A stretch of 64,000 nucleotides of DNA from Octopus sinensis (lineage: Eukaryota), in NCBI RefSeq assembly GCF_006345805.1, contig NC_042998.1, positions 29,760,001 through 29,824,000 on the forward strand, read 5' to 3'. Under the pieces are notes generated by a model that ran no database searches, had not been told where the DNA came from, and saw only the letters and a list, made by a program, of their open reading frames with translations. The position numbers and the translations under genes were made by a program. The stretch's first letter is position 1, and each line of letters opens with the position of its first letter. Below are positions 52,467 through 64,000 of the stretch, one piece after another.

Positions 52467-53157
52467 ACACATCAGAAAGTAATAAGTGCAAGAATAGACA
52501 ACACATCAGAAAGTGATAAGTGCAGGCTTTGTGGATAAAATGGTAAAACCGCATGGCATATTACCAGCCAATGTACGCCACTTGCCCAGAAGGAATAGAA
52601 GATACGTCATGACTATATAGCCGGGATTGTCCACTGGACACTCTGAAACAAGTATGGACTTCACAGAGCAAAAAATTGGTACGAATACAAACCCGAAGTC
52701 ATCATCGAAAATAATAATGCAAAGATCCAGTGGGATTTTAGGATTCAGTGCGACCATGTGATAGAGAATAGGAAACCAGAAATAGTGTTAATTGAGAAAG
52801 AAAAATTATGCAGGATCATAGATATAGCATGCCCATCTGACAACAAGGTATGCGATAAGGAAGAAAGAAAAGTCGAGATATATGACAGGTTAGCTTGGGA
52901 AGTTAAGCAGTTGCGGTCGAAGAAAAAGGTGGTAGTAGTACCAATAATTGATAGAGACCTGAGAACAGTGAGTAAAAATCTTGAAAAGTACAAATAGGAG
53001 CTGCAATAAGGTTGGAGCACTTGCAGAAAACAGCACTGTTTGGAACCGCCCGAATACTCTGGAAGGTGCTCGAAAAGTAAGAGGTGTTACCTTAGTTCAC
53101 TGGTAGTGAAGAGTTGACACCGTAGTACATATCCAGCATTAGAAGCTGTGCAAAGGC
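52467..53157 (+). mobile_element. R4/Dong-like non-LTR retrotransposon 3' fragment (CCHC knuckle plus restriction-like endonuclease)
   Basis: CRLCG*NGKTAWHITSQC, RHDYIAGIVHW, WDFRIQCDHVIENRKPEIVLI...IIDIACP, KTALFGTARILWKVL; ends in (AAT)n. Confidence 0.88.
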
Positions 53158-53167
53158 AATAATAATA

Positions 53168-53228
<61 letters not shown>

Positions 53229-53241
53229 TAATAATAATATA

Positions 53242-53273
<32 letters not shown>

Positions 53274-53298
53274 GAATGAATGAATGAATGAATGAATA
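53158..53298. repeat. (AAT)n then (TGAA)n microsatellite
   Basis: Directly visible. Confidence 0.97.
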
Positions 53299-55165
53299 AC
53301 AGTCCACGTGAGTTTAATATACCCAAACATTACCATTATCCCGGGTGGGGCAATCCTACTTACCATTTTATCCACAGCTTGCTACTTCGAGATGACCCAC
53401 ACAGCAGCTCGAGCCCGGGTGGAGTCTTCGACTTGGCCTGAGCATGGACTCAAACTCAAATGAAATGAAATTACTTCAGATGTGAATACTGATGTCAAAG
53501 TTTGGCACAAGGCTAACAATTTTTTTGTGGGGGGGGGGTAATTCGATTACATCGATCTCCGTGTTAATCTGATAATTATTTCATCGATCACGAAGAGTCA
53601 AAGGCATAGACGACCTCTGCGAAATTTGAACTCAGAACATAAAGACGAACGAAAGTCCGCTAAGTATTTTGTCTGGTGTGCTAACGGAATTCTGATGTTA
53701 ATATTAAGATTAGAATTAAAGTGGCGTGCTGTCAGAATCATTGGTGTGCTGGGCCAAATGCTTAGCGGCTTTTCGTCCGTCTTTTCGCTTAGATTTTAAA
53801 TGCCGCCGAGGTCGACTTTGCCTTTTATCGTTTCGGTGTCGATCAAATATTTAGCAGTCGAGCACTGGAACCGATGTAATTGATTTATCCCCGCCCGCGG
53901 AATTGCTGATCTTCTGCCAAAATTTGAAATCAGTTCTAAGACTAGAACGGCACAAAAATATTTAAGCAGCAATAACTTACGCTAAAGAATGCTCTAAAAT
54001 CTATTACAGTAATCAAGCTGGCAAATCTGCAATAGGAATCCTCTGTAAATAATCTAAGTCAAATTCTTACCAAACTTAATGAATATCATTTTCGCCATTT
54101 TGAAATAATCATTGCTTTTTTACTGACTGATGTAAAATTACCCTGAAGGTAAAGAGAACCGACAAATATATACAAAAGCTTACTACAATTAGATTTCTAA
54201 ATCGATACCCATGAAGGAGTTTATATCACAAGATTATTTAACATGTTATTTACTGTGAAATAGTAAATATTTCACAAAAAGTGTAAAGTGAAGTTAGTGA
54301 TATCATAAAATTATATCTACTTAGACAACTTATTCTAAGAAGGCGTCTTCTATGGCTTTAACCATTTGCAATTATAAACCCAAATAAAGATAAAAGCTAC
54401 CTCTGTTCTTTGAAAATGTTCGACTTTTGTTAACCTAAGTGATTAATCTAACATTGGATTCTTCCTAAACGGTACATTAAACTCTGTCAACAATTTCTGC
54501 TGCAACCACCCACCAAGAACATTATTAACAACCTCCTTTAAGTAATTTGGCTTCTACTTTGAAATCTTTTCACCACGTAAATTTTGAATGTCGCTCCGAG
54601 TAAAATGGATTCCATTGTGTATCGAAAACACCACAACTTACAATTATATAAATAGATACACGACAAAATAGCTGGAAGAATAATTTTGAGATTTATGTGC
54701 GCTTTTCATTTGGACTTACGGATTTTTTTCTTATTGTAATTTACGTTTTCGACGTTGAATTGTTTATTCATAAACTGAATGTACACCCGCAAGCACGCAA
54801 GCACGCTACACAAACACACACGCGCGCATACGTATATAGTTGAAATGAGGAAGTTAAACTAAATAGGAATATTTTAATGCTTTAACTGAAGAAGTTTTAC
54901 GTGTTGGATGTACTTCCAATTATATATTACGCAAATCTAAAACGTACGCACCAAGTTGTTTCAAAATATCACGCTATGGTTTAACTTCATTATTCCGCGT
55001 ACAACTCGATGCCAGTAAAAACTGGTCGGTCTGGACTCCACTTATGGGATTACTCTAAAAACGATTTATTGTAGCTTGTTATATATGATACGAATCGAAA
55101 GTTCTGGTACACCGCTTCTGAGCGTAACACGAAGCATATTGTGTGTGTGTGTGTGTGTGTGTTTT

Positions 55166-55471
55166 ATCACGTGATCACGTGACCCACCAGACCATCAGAT
55201 GTTGCTACACATCGCTGGTCACAATGCGTTCGCATTGTTTTAGCCTTCGATTCACGCCACCTCGCTGGCTAAGGTAACAGGCCAACGGACGAAAGAGGGA
55301 GAGAATGAGTGGTGAAAGAGTACAGAAGGGATCACCACCCCCTGCCGGAGCCTCGTGGAGCTTTTTAGGTGTTTTCGCTCAATAAACACACAACACCCGG
55401 TCCGGGAATCGAAACCGCGATCCTACGACCGCGAGTCCGCTGCCCTAACCATTGGGCCATTGCGCCTCCAC
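55166..55471 (-). mobile_element. SINE C head with a swapped 3' tail
   Basis: C head and 5' body joined to the cacgtgatcacgtgat tail; TSD-like gtgtgttttat on both sides. Confidence 0.85.
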
Positions 55472-55974
55472 GTGTGTTTTATATGCATGTAAAATAATGT
55501 CAACGGTTTCGTAGCAGGAATATTTAGCAATTATTAAACTTTCAAATCAAAAACGATCGCGATTCGCTCAAATATTACTGATGTCATGAAAATATCTAAC
55601 CATTGAAGACCTCTTTTGGAACCCAATATTTCATCTTTTAAAGAATATGTTCTTTAAAAGATGAAAGAAACACACACACACACACACACATACACACACA
55701 CACACATACACACTCTCACCCATGTATATATATGCAGGTGTGGCTATGCGGTAAGAGCCTCGCTTCCCAATCACATGGCTCCGGTTTCTGTCCCACTGCG
55801 TGGCACTTCGAGTAAGTATTTTTTACGACAGAAGCATTATTACTTCTGTGTGTTAATACTTATTCCCATTTAAACACGGATTTCCTGTTAAAACAAACAT
55901 TACTGCTATATTTACCACGAGAGAAACATTCATATAGGCTTTTGGTGCAGAATGCACGCTTGTTTGTTTGTATA

Positions 55975-56207
55975 TATTTCTTTACTACCCACAAGGGGCT
56001 AAACACAGAGAGGACAAACAAGGACAGACAAACGGATTAAGTCGATTTTTATCGACCCCAGTGCGTAACTGGTACTTATTTAATCGACCTCGAAAGGATG
56101 AAAGGCAAAGTCGACCTCGGCGGAATTTGAACTCAGAACGTAGCGGCAGGCGAAATACTGCTAAGCCTTTCTCGCGGCGTGCTAACGTTTCTGCCAGCTC
56201 GCCGCCT
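55975..56207 (-). mobile_element. SINE A
   Basis: Full length. Confidence 0.9.
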
Positions 56208-56901
56208 TTTGTTTGTTTATATCGCAAGCGGGAAGATAACACCCAACCAACTCCAGTGCCGAGACCACCAGATCACGTGATTCTGATCTGCTTTCATCCC
56301 ATCGGTAATGGACAAACGACCGCTAGAGATAGCAGCGATTGATCTCTCTGCTAGCGATATAAAGAAAATCGGTACCTGAACAGGCACTGATGTCGCGATT
56401 AGCCAGTTCAAAATTATATATTATCGACAAAGGCTGTATTAATACCGGGAGGTAATTTTTACTCCCACCCCAAACGTGGATGTCTGTTAGAACAAATTTT
56501 AATGCGATATTTACCTTGGTATAAACTTTCACATAGGCTTTTGACGTACTTCATCCGACCAAGAGCATCGCTATATACTCAGCGCCTTTTAGCCTCAAGA
56601 CAACAGATAGTAGTAGTTAGCAAGCAGTCGACCAGAGCGGTGTAACAACAAAATGGCAAGAGATGGCGGCGGCAGCAATACTCAATAACCAGTGAACATC
56701 AAGAAACTCACCACAGCGACTACTTATCATACCTGGTCCAACATCACCTCGTATAAGCTTCGAACTATCATATGTAAACATACTTTCTTTGTTAACGATA
56801 AAACGAAATAGTTTTGAATTTAAAAGCTACAAAAATTCCAATTTCTTTTATCAGGAAGTATTTGTTACTTTGATTAAATCGACTAAACCCTTTTAAAACC
56901 C

Positions 56902-57378
56902 GGATCTTCTCCTTTTGATAGCCAGATTTCAACACAATTTCTAGTTAACTAAACACTTTAAAATTCTATAATTTTATACACACGCTTTCCGTATACGTAC
57001 GGAAAGCGTGTGTATAAAATTATAGAATTATTTTGATTGTTAATTGTTTAAATCACTTTGCTTTGGGATTTTTTACACGCGTAACAGTTAAATTAATTTA
57101 ACAATTAAGAAAAAAAAATAGGGTTAGGGTTAGTTACAGGATGTTGTCTCAGTTTTAGACGCAGCAAATGTTGTTTACCTAAATGGAGGTAATCGATTGG
57201 TTAAAATTGCCAAAATGCTCGGATTTTCAGACGAAATATCTTACAACATATAGAATTTTCTCAATAAAGCCAAGGAAAAATGATGTTTTATAAACACATT
57301 CTACCAGTATACGAAGTTTTAAGGTGTTTAGTTAACTAGAAATTGTGTTGAAATCTGACTATCAAAAGGAAAAGATCC
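56902..57378. mobile_element. MITE of the same family as 4973-5324, left arm rearranged
   Basis: ggatct and agatcc termini, 8-bp TSD taaaaccc (56894-56901 and 57379-57386), shared internal gattggtt(a/g)aaattgcc. Confidence 0.85.
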
Positions 57379-59271
57379 TAAAACCCTTTTTAACCATCCC
57401 GCTGAACTATACAAAACGATTATACGAAATAATATACTAAGACTGGAAAATTGGAAGTAACTAATGATACATGCCCCAGCAAATAGTGCGAAAAATAACA
57501 CGAATATTAAGGTGCAAGGCGAAAGAGCCAAACGTGCTGAGTAGAATATTTGTCGTAGAATAAATTCTCAATATCCTTCTAGTGACAGTTTCTAGCGCAA
57601 ACATTAGAGATTTTGTCTTTCTCTCGGCATAAAATGTATTCCACTGTTTGCAATATTTGTATCACTTAAGTAGTACATAGACATCATAAAATTTAACCTT
57701 GGTGAGATTTTTGACTTCTTTTTATATTAGATTCATACAAAAGTACATAATTTATACTAGAGATTTTAAAATCAATGAATTTTATTTGAATATTATGGTT
57801 TATTTTTAAGACTTTACTGGCGTCTCCCAAAAATATGTAAATGTCGTGCTCAATAAATTAAAAGCGACTCGGAACAAAGATAAGAATGTACATTAAAAAT
57901 AACACTTGTCTGAAAAAATTACTGCTTGGAAAAAGATTAAATATATGAGAAGATAAGCTTTTAAATTGCAAAATATTTGGAACTCAGACGACTTTTAATT
58001 TTACAGCACCATCAGAAGAAAACAATAATAGTTATAAGAACTCAGGTAAAAAATAAACAACAATCAAATATAGAGGGAAATCTGTGGTGCTACTTATAAT
58101 GAGTTCGCTCCAACTCAATGTGTTTGCTTCACCCCGTGTTCGATCTAATTTTGAAGCACCATCTAAACTGTGTCCTCTGCGATCACATCTGCTAATGTAT
58201 TTAGATGTTATATATGTCAAAGGCATCCATAACAGTTGAATATACTGAAAAGTATTTTTTTTAGTGTAATATGAGGTGTAATAACAAGAGATTGGCATTA
58301 TTTATTCACCTTTATTATTATTATATGATCCTTTGTTTGAAGAATTTCTAATACGAGATATAGTGCATGATTTCCACCACATATGCAATTTTGTCACTAG
58401 TAGCAAATGGAACATGTGTGATGGTGATTATCGCTTCATAAATCGTATCATACACCACTGGGGATATATATGGCAATATATGTATTCAAGCAATTGCAAA
58501 TATCTCCTTAGAAAAGATCAGTAATTTTGATCGTTCAAAAACTTATGATTCAATGGAATCGCAATGTTTCGAAGAATTTATAGTTTACAATTCTCTCATT
58601 TTTAATTTGGTCTCATTGGAAAATTTCGAAAGTAATCAGATTTTTATCTGTGGTATAAAGTAGCAAATAATTATCTGCAATAAATAAGAATGGAAAGGCA
58701 AAATGCGTGGTTTAATGTGTTAGTATAAAGCCATAACATGTTTTTCCCTGTTACGTCATGGAGTAATTTTTTGGGAAAAAAAATAACGCAGTCTGCGTGA
58801 TTTATTGCATCAGAACATTTTCAACTTGATTGAGGAAATGCAAGTTATTATGATAAATGAAATTAAATTAGTTTATTTTCAAAACTCATAGTTAAAAACG
58901 TAACACTTTATGGATTTTAATACGTGTGAATGTAATTACAGATTCTGTGCATCAACTTCATAGATCGTGGAATAAATTACATGGAGCTCAATGGAGATCA
59001 CAGCAAATCACAATGAATGTCCGTTGATCAGATGACTAACACTGAAAATTCAAAACATTACGGTGAGGAACTTCATTAATTTTAGTGTAAACGATGGGAA
59101 GAAATGAAATATGAGATTTGGAAGTTCTAATAGAAACCTTTGTGTTTAAATGATGCAGGAATTTATTAATTTATGAATAGAACTAATTAAGAAAGACAAG
59201 AAATCAGAGGTTCGAAATGTGGATACTGAAATATATACACATATATACATATGCATTTACACAAATGTTTA

Positions 59272-59310
<39 letters not shown>

Positions 59311-59337
59311 ATATATATATATATATATATATATGAT

Positions 59338-59646
59338 GGATGGTTGAAGACGTATCTGTGTAGAGGACCTTGATGGCAGAAATGATTTTGACTGGTATCC
59401 CATAGAGCTTAAGGATTTCAAACAGTTTGCTGAACATTGTTGTAGAGCAGAAAACGAGGCAGTTTCTACTCTTCTCCTCTGGAAGCCATCTACTCGCAAT
59501 ACCAGAGGGCGCACACTCTCCTACCCTGATGTAATCTCCAAGGATACAGGCATCCAGCAACAGGACCTCCATAATGCTATGATGGACCGTGAAGTCTGGC
59601 GTAGCATGGTAAATTCCATTGTCTCGACCACGGTCGAACAATGATG
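59338..59646 (+). mobile_element. RTE-clade LINE 3' end with inverted 5' segment
   Basis: Plus strand QFAEHCCRAENEAVSTLLLWKP...MMDREVWRSMV; minus strand 59338-59430 KLFEILKLYGIPVKIISAIKVLY (RT region). Confidence 0.8.
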
Positions 59647-59772
59647 AAGATATATATATATATACTCGAAATGAGGAAAAGATACACACCCGACAATTGA
59701 TAAAGGGTCGTTCTTTGTGTTACTTGTCCTGTTTTCCATTTGTTTCTCTTCTTTTGTACGTATTGAACTCTG

Positions 59773-60175
59773 TCTGTCCTTCTTTGTTCCCTCTGTGTTT
59801 AGCCCCTTGTGGATAGTAAAGAAATAGGTATTTCGGCTACCGCTATGTTCTGAGTTCAAATTCCACCGTGGTCGACTTTGCCTTTCATCCATTCGTGGTC
59901 GATTAAATAAGTACCAGTTACGCACTGGGGTCAATATAATCGACTTAATCCGTTTGTCTGTCCTTATTTGTACCATCTGTGTTTAGCCACTTGTGGGTAG
60001 TAAAGAAATAGGTATTTCGTCTGCCGCTATATTCTGAGTTCAAATTCCACCGTGGTCGACTTTGCCTTTCATCCTTTCCTGGTCGATTAAATAAGTACCA
60101 GTTACGCACTGGGGTCGATATAATCCACTTAATCCGTGTGTGTCCTTGTTTGTCTCCTCTGTGTTTAGCCGTTTG
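59773..60175 (+). mobile_element. Headless SINE A tandem array
   Basis: Junctions at 59827 and 60011 (184-bp period). Confidence 0.88.
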
Positions 60176-60276
60176 GTCGTTCAAGGTGACAAGCTGCAAT
60201 GAAGGAATTCGTTGCCTCAAAGGAGAACAACCAATATCAGAATGGAGGCAAAGAGCTGGCAGAAATACGGTTTCAG

Positions 60277-60693
60277 AAGGCGGCGAGCTGGCAGAAACGT
60301 TAGCACGCCGGGCGAAGTGCTTAGCAGTATTTCGTCTGCCGCTACGTTCTGAGTTCAAAATCCGCCGGGGTCGACTCTGCCTTTCATCCCTTCGGGGTCG
60401 ATAAATTAAGTACTAGTTACGCACTGGGGTCGATATAATCAACGTCATCCGTTTGTCTGACCTTGTTTGTCCTCTCTGTGTTTAGCATCTTGTGGGTAGT
60501 AAAGAAGTAGGTATATCGTCTGCCGCTACGTTCTGAGTTCAAATTCCGCCGAGGTCGACTTTGCTTTTCGTCCTATCGGGGTCCATTAAATAAGTACCAG
60601 TTACGCACTGGGGTAGATATAATCGACTTAATCTGTTTGTCTGTCCTTGTTTGTCTCCTCTGTGTGTAGCCCCTTGTGGGCAGTAAAGAAAGA
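60277..60693 (+). mobile_element. SINE A dimer
   Basis: Units at 60326 and 60510; TSD-like agaaa(t/c)ac(g/a)gtttcag (60261-60276 and 60694-60709). Confidence 0.9.
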
Positions 60694-61611
60694 AGAAACA
60701 CAGTTTCAGGTAATACGATGGCCTCTACTTTGAATTCCCGGCTGGTTTCGTAGTAATTTCCCGAATGAAGCCAATAAGCCACTGAAAGATATTGCAAAAC
60801 TTTTGCCTCAATACAATATTTACCTCAAGTTTCAAAGGGGACTAAACAAGAAAAGAAGAAAACCTCCTATTAAGGCTATTATGTGATATTTATTCCCTTT
60901 ATAGCTTTTTCATATCACTTGTACTGCCATTGCTTTATGAAGTACATAAATGCCGCGTCTCACCTTATGTTGTCCGCAAAATTTAAAAGCATGAGCTTAA
61001 TAAACACCTTTATTACTAAATCGATAAAACTTCCTGTACAGTTAGGTTTGTGATATTCTGCGACTTCGTTTAGATCTTCTGTTAAACTCTTTCGGTTACT
61101 TATATTTATATATTGTGAAATTGAGCGGCAGCAAATTTCCTTATTAACTATACTAACTCCTGGAAAGAAAGAAATCTTTTATTTCACATACCTAACACCA
61201 TATATATTTTCACGTATTATATCATTTAAAACATTTTCCATTTACAACAACGTCTCATCTGTACAATGTAATGGTTAAATAATTAGGAAAAACCACTTTT
61301 TACACACATTACGTGATAAAATCTCTAAAAAGCGATTATTTGCTTGCTATACTTATCCCAAAGTTTTCATGATTGAAAATCTTTAGTAAATATATGGAGG
61401 TGAAAAAGGAAACGCCATGACAGTCGACGTTAATACTCTTCAGCTGCAGATTTGGACATAACTTTCTGTGATTGCAAAGACATGGTTCATCAGAAACTTA
61501 TCTGTTGGCTTTGCCAATTACCACATTTCCGTGTCTTTGATCTTTTACTTGTTCTAGTCATATGTGTGCTTGTGTGTGTGTGTACACATATACATACATA
61601 TTTTTTATTTT

Positions 61612-62005
61612 TTTTTTACTTGTTTCAGTCATATGACTGCGGCCATGCTGGAGCACCGCCTTTAGTCGAGCAAATCGACCCCGGAACTTATTCTTTGTAA
61701 GCCCAGTACTTATTCTATCGGTCTCTTTTTGCCGAACCGCTAAGTGACGGGGACATAAACACACCAGCATCAGTTGTCAAGCGATGCTAGGGGGACAAAC
61801 ACAGACACACAAACACACACACACACATACATATATATATACGACAGGCTTCTTTCAGTTTCCGTCTACCAAATCCACTCACAAGGCATTGGTCGGCCCG
61901 GAGCTATAGCAGAAGCTATAGCCCAAGATGCCACGCAGTGGGACTGAACCCGGAACCATGTGGTTGGTTAGCAAGCTACTTACCACACAGCCACTCCTGC
62001 GCCTC
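61612..62005 (-). mobile_element. SINE B
   Basis: Full length. Confidence 0.9.
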
Positions 62006-62025
62006 CATAAATATATAAACATATT

Positions 62026-62089
<64 letters not shown>

Positions 62090-62275
62090 TACATATATCA
62101 CGTGACCGACCAGACATCAGATGTTGCTACACTTCGCTGGTCACAATACGTTCTCATTGTTTTAGCCTTCGAATGACGCCACCCCGCTGGCTAAGCGAGC
62201 AGGTGAATATATATATATATACACACATATATATACACATATATATAAAAGGTGTTGTCAAAAACTTATCAATTA

Positions 62276-62672
62276 TAGGCACAGGAGTGCCTGTGTGGCA
62301 AGTAGCTTGCTTACCAACCACATCGTTCTGGGTACAGTCCCGCTGCTTGGCCCCTTGGGCAAGTGCCTTCTACTATAGCTTCGGGCCGACCAAAGCCTTT
62401 TGAGTGGATTTGGTAGACGGAAACTGAAAGAATCCCGTCGTATATATGCATATATATATATGAATATGTATGTGTGTGTATATGTTTGTGTGCATTGACA
62501 ACCAATTCTGGTGTGTTTTCATCCCGTAACAGAGCGATTCGGCAAAAGAGACCGATATAATAAGTACTAGGCTTACAAAGAATAAGTCCCGGGGCCGATT
62601 TGTTCGATTAAAGGCGGTGCTCCAGCATGGTCGCAATCAAATAACTGAAACCAGTAAAAGAGTAAAAGAGTA
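62276..62672 (+). mobile_element. SINE B
   Basis: Full length. Confidence 0.9.
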
Positions 62673-62689
62673 ATCTAAGTTTTAGCGTC

Positions 62690-63250
62690 ATCTTTTTCGG
62701 AATAGACACCTTGCGCAGCCGTACACTGGTTCGAACGTTCCTGCCATTTTTAGAGTCCGGCTTGGAAGTCGTTTTCCGTAAACGAGTCGCGGACCTTCTG
62801 TGATTTACTCTAGGTCTCGAAAACGGTGGTAAAACGGCGACCTTTCAGCTGTATTTTCATCTTGGGGACGAGAGGAAAGTCCGCAGGTGCTGAAGCTGGT
62901 GAATAAGGCGAGTACAGAAGCGATAGCGTGTTGTCTTTGGCGAGAACCTCACGACTGAAGAAAGCTCGGTGCCACGGTGCATTGTCATCGTGAAGAATCT
63001 AATTGTCCTCGCTCCACAGATCTGCTCACTTTCACCAAATGTCCTCCTTCAAACGATTCAAATTATTAGCGGTCTGGCCCTGGGTTTCGAATTCTCGGTG
63101 TACAATACCACATGGCAGGTCTTTCTGATTGCTAATCGTCTTCTAGAGATGTTCTTCCAGTGTTCAAGGTCCCGTACCACTCGAAATATTCCATACGACC
63201 CTCTGCCTCGTTGCCTTAAGTAGATTTCCAAAGTTTAGCGTAAAATTTCA
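62690..63250 (-). mobile_element. Mariner transposase remnant with internal deletion
   Basis: ANVKFYAKL...FEWY...GRTSLEDD, GIVHREF, LHDDNAPWH, YSPASAPADFPLVPKMK...KGRRF: mariner helix-turn-helix and catalytic-domain motifs. Confidence 0.88.
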
Positions 63251-63269
63251 CGTTGGCTTCCTATAATAA

Positions 63270-63545
63270 TATGGCGCAGTGGTTATGATCGCGGGCTACT
63301 AACCTCAAAATTCCGAGTTCCATTCTAAACAGTGACCTGAACAATAATAATAATAATAATAATGATAATAATAATAATAATTATTATTATTATTATTATT
63401 ACATCGAAAAATACCATCGACAAATACGTTAGAAATGAGAACCCAGATTAGAAATTTCCCGAAGACATCTGAAGAAGGCTGGAGGGTATATCAGCCGAAC
63501 AAGGTAAGGGACAAATATCCGTCGAATGTAAATCATGTAAACATA
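63270..63545 (+). mobile_element. tRNA-like head, (AAT)n spacer and F1 hammerhead module
   Basis: A-box-like tggcgcagtgg (63272), B-box-like gagttccattc (63315), then CTGAAGA (63469-63475) with ggctg/cagcc stem II; helix III deleted. Confidence 0.6.
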
Positions 63546-63607
63546 GCAATGTCACTCGGCTCAGTGCCTCATGAAAGTCACTATTAACTATCACAAAGCA
63601 CGCAACC

Positions 63608-63834
63608 TATTTCTTTACTACCCACAAGGGGCTAAACACAGAGAGGATAAACAAGGACAGACAAACGGCTTAAGTCGATTACGTCGACCCCAGTGCGTAA
63701 CTGGTACTTAATTCATCGACCCCGAAAGGATGAAAGGCAAAGTCGACCTCGGCGGAATTTCAACTCAGAACGTAACGGTAGACGAAATACGGCTACGCAT
63801 TTCGTCCGGCGTGCTAACGTTTCTGCCAGCTCGC
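63608..63834 (-). mobile_element. SINE A
   Basis: Full length. Confidence 0.9.
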
Positions 63835-64000
63835 AACCGTGTGCGCTCTCATCTGTTGGCGTGCTATAGAACTAGCCCGGGAACTTGGTGATACCTCGTA
63901 ATAGAAATTGAAAATGTACTGAGAATAGTTAAACATTTTCTATCATATTTAAAGATTTGATAGGTTTCACATTTTCTATTGATTTTCAAATGTTAAAATA

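Noticed and set aside
52529-53377. 17-bp inverted match tgtggataaaatggtaa around the R4/Dong fragment
   Set aside because: One copy is internal coding sequence of the LINE; too short to exclude chance in AT-rich DNA.
53300-53470. GC-richer tract with repeated cccgggtgg as an HDV-like ribozyme
   Set aside because: I could not build the nested double-pseudoknot pairing; more likely a repeat remnant.
57121-57133. gggttagggttag as an interstitial telomere
   Set aside because: Only about two units, embedded in a MITE.

Overview
AT-rich animal genomic DNA, intergenic or intronic, with one 100-N assembly gap (27763-27862). It is probably from Octopus; this is inferred from the tRNA-derived SINE families and was not verified. 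I find no confidently identifiable cellular gene, rRNA, true tRNA or CRISPR array, only a few weak candidate small exons. The window is a mosaic of four abundant tRNA-headed SINE families (here A-D, many with 11-21 bp TSDs), decayed LINE pieces (two L1/Tx1-like, four RTE-like, one R4/Dong-like with an RLE domain), Tc1/mariner remnants, 8-bp-TSD MITEs, a large foldback, a Helitron-like element and long microsatellites. Main result of the hunt: about 13 type I hammerhead ribozyme (HHR)-like motifs in roughly six unrelated small repeat families. Three fold as apparently intact minimal hammerheads (15616-15660 +, 23968-24015 -, 45362-45460 +). Most have a self-complementary helix III, several carry core variants (U4C twice), many end in (TA)n tracts or show inverted duplications, and one family sits behind a tRNA-like Pol III head. 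This fits a set of Penelope-like-element (PLE)-dependent, retrozyme-like elements. Activity and novelty are untested.
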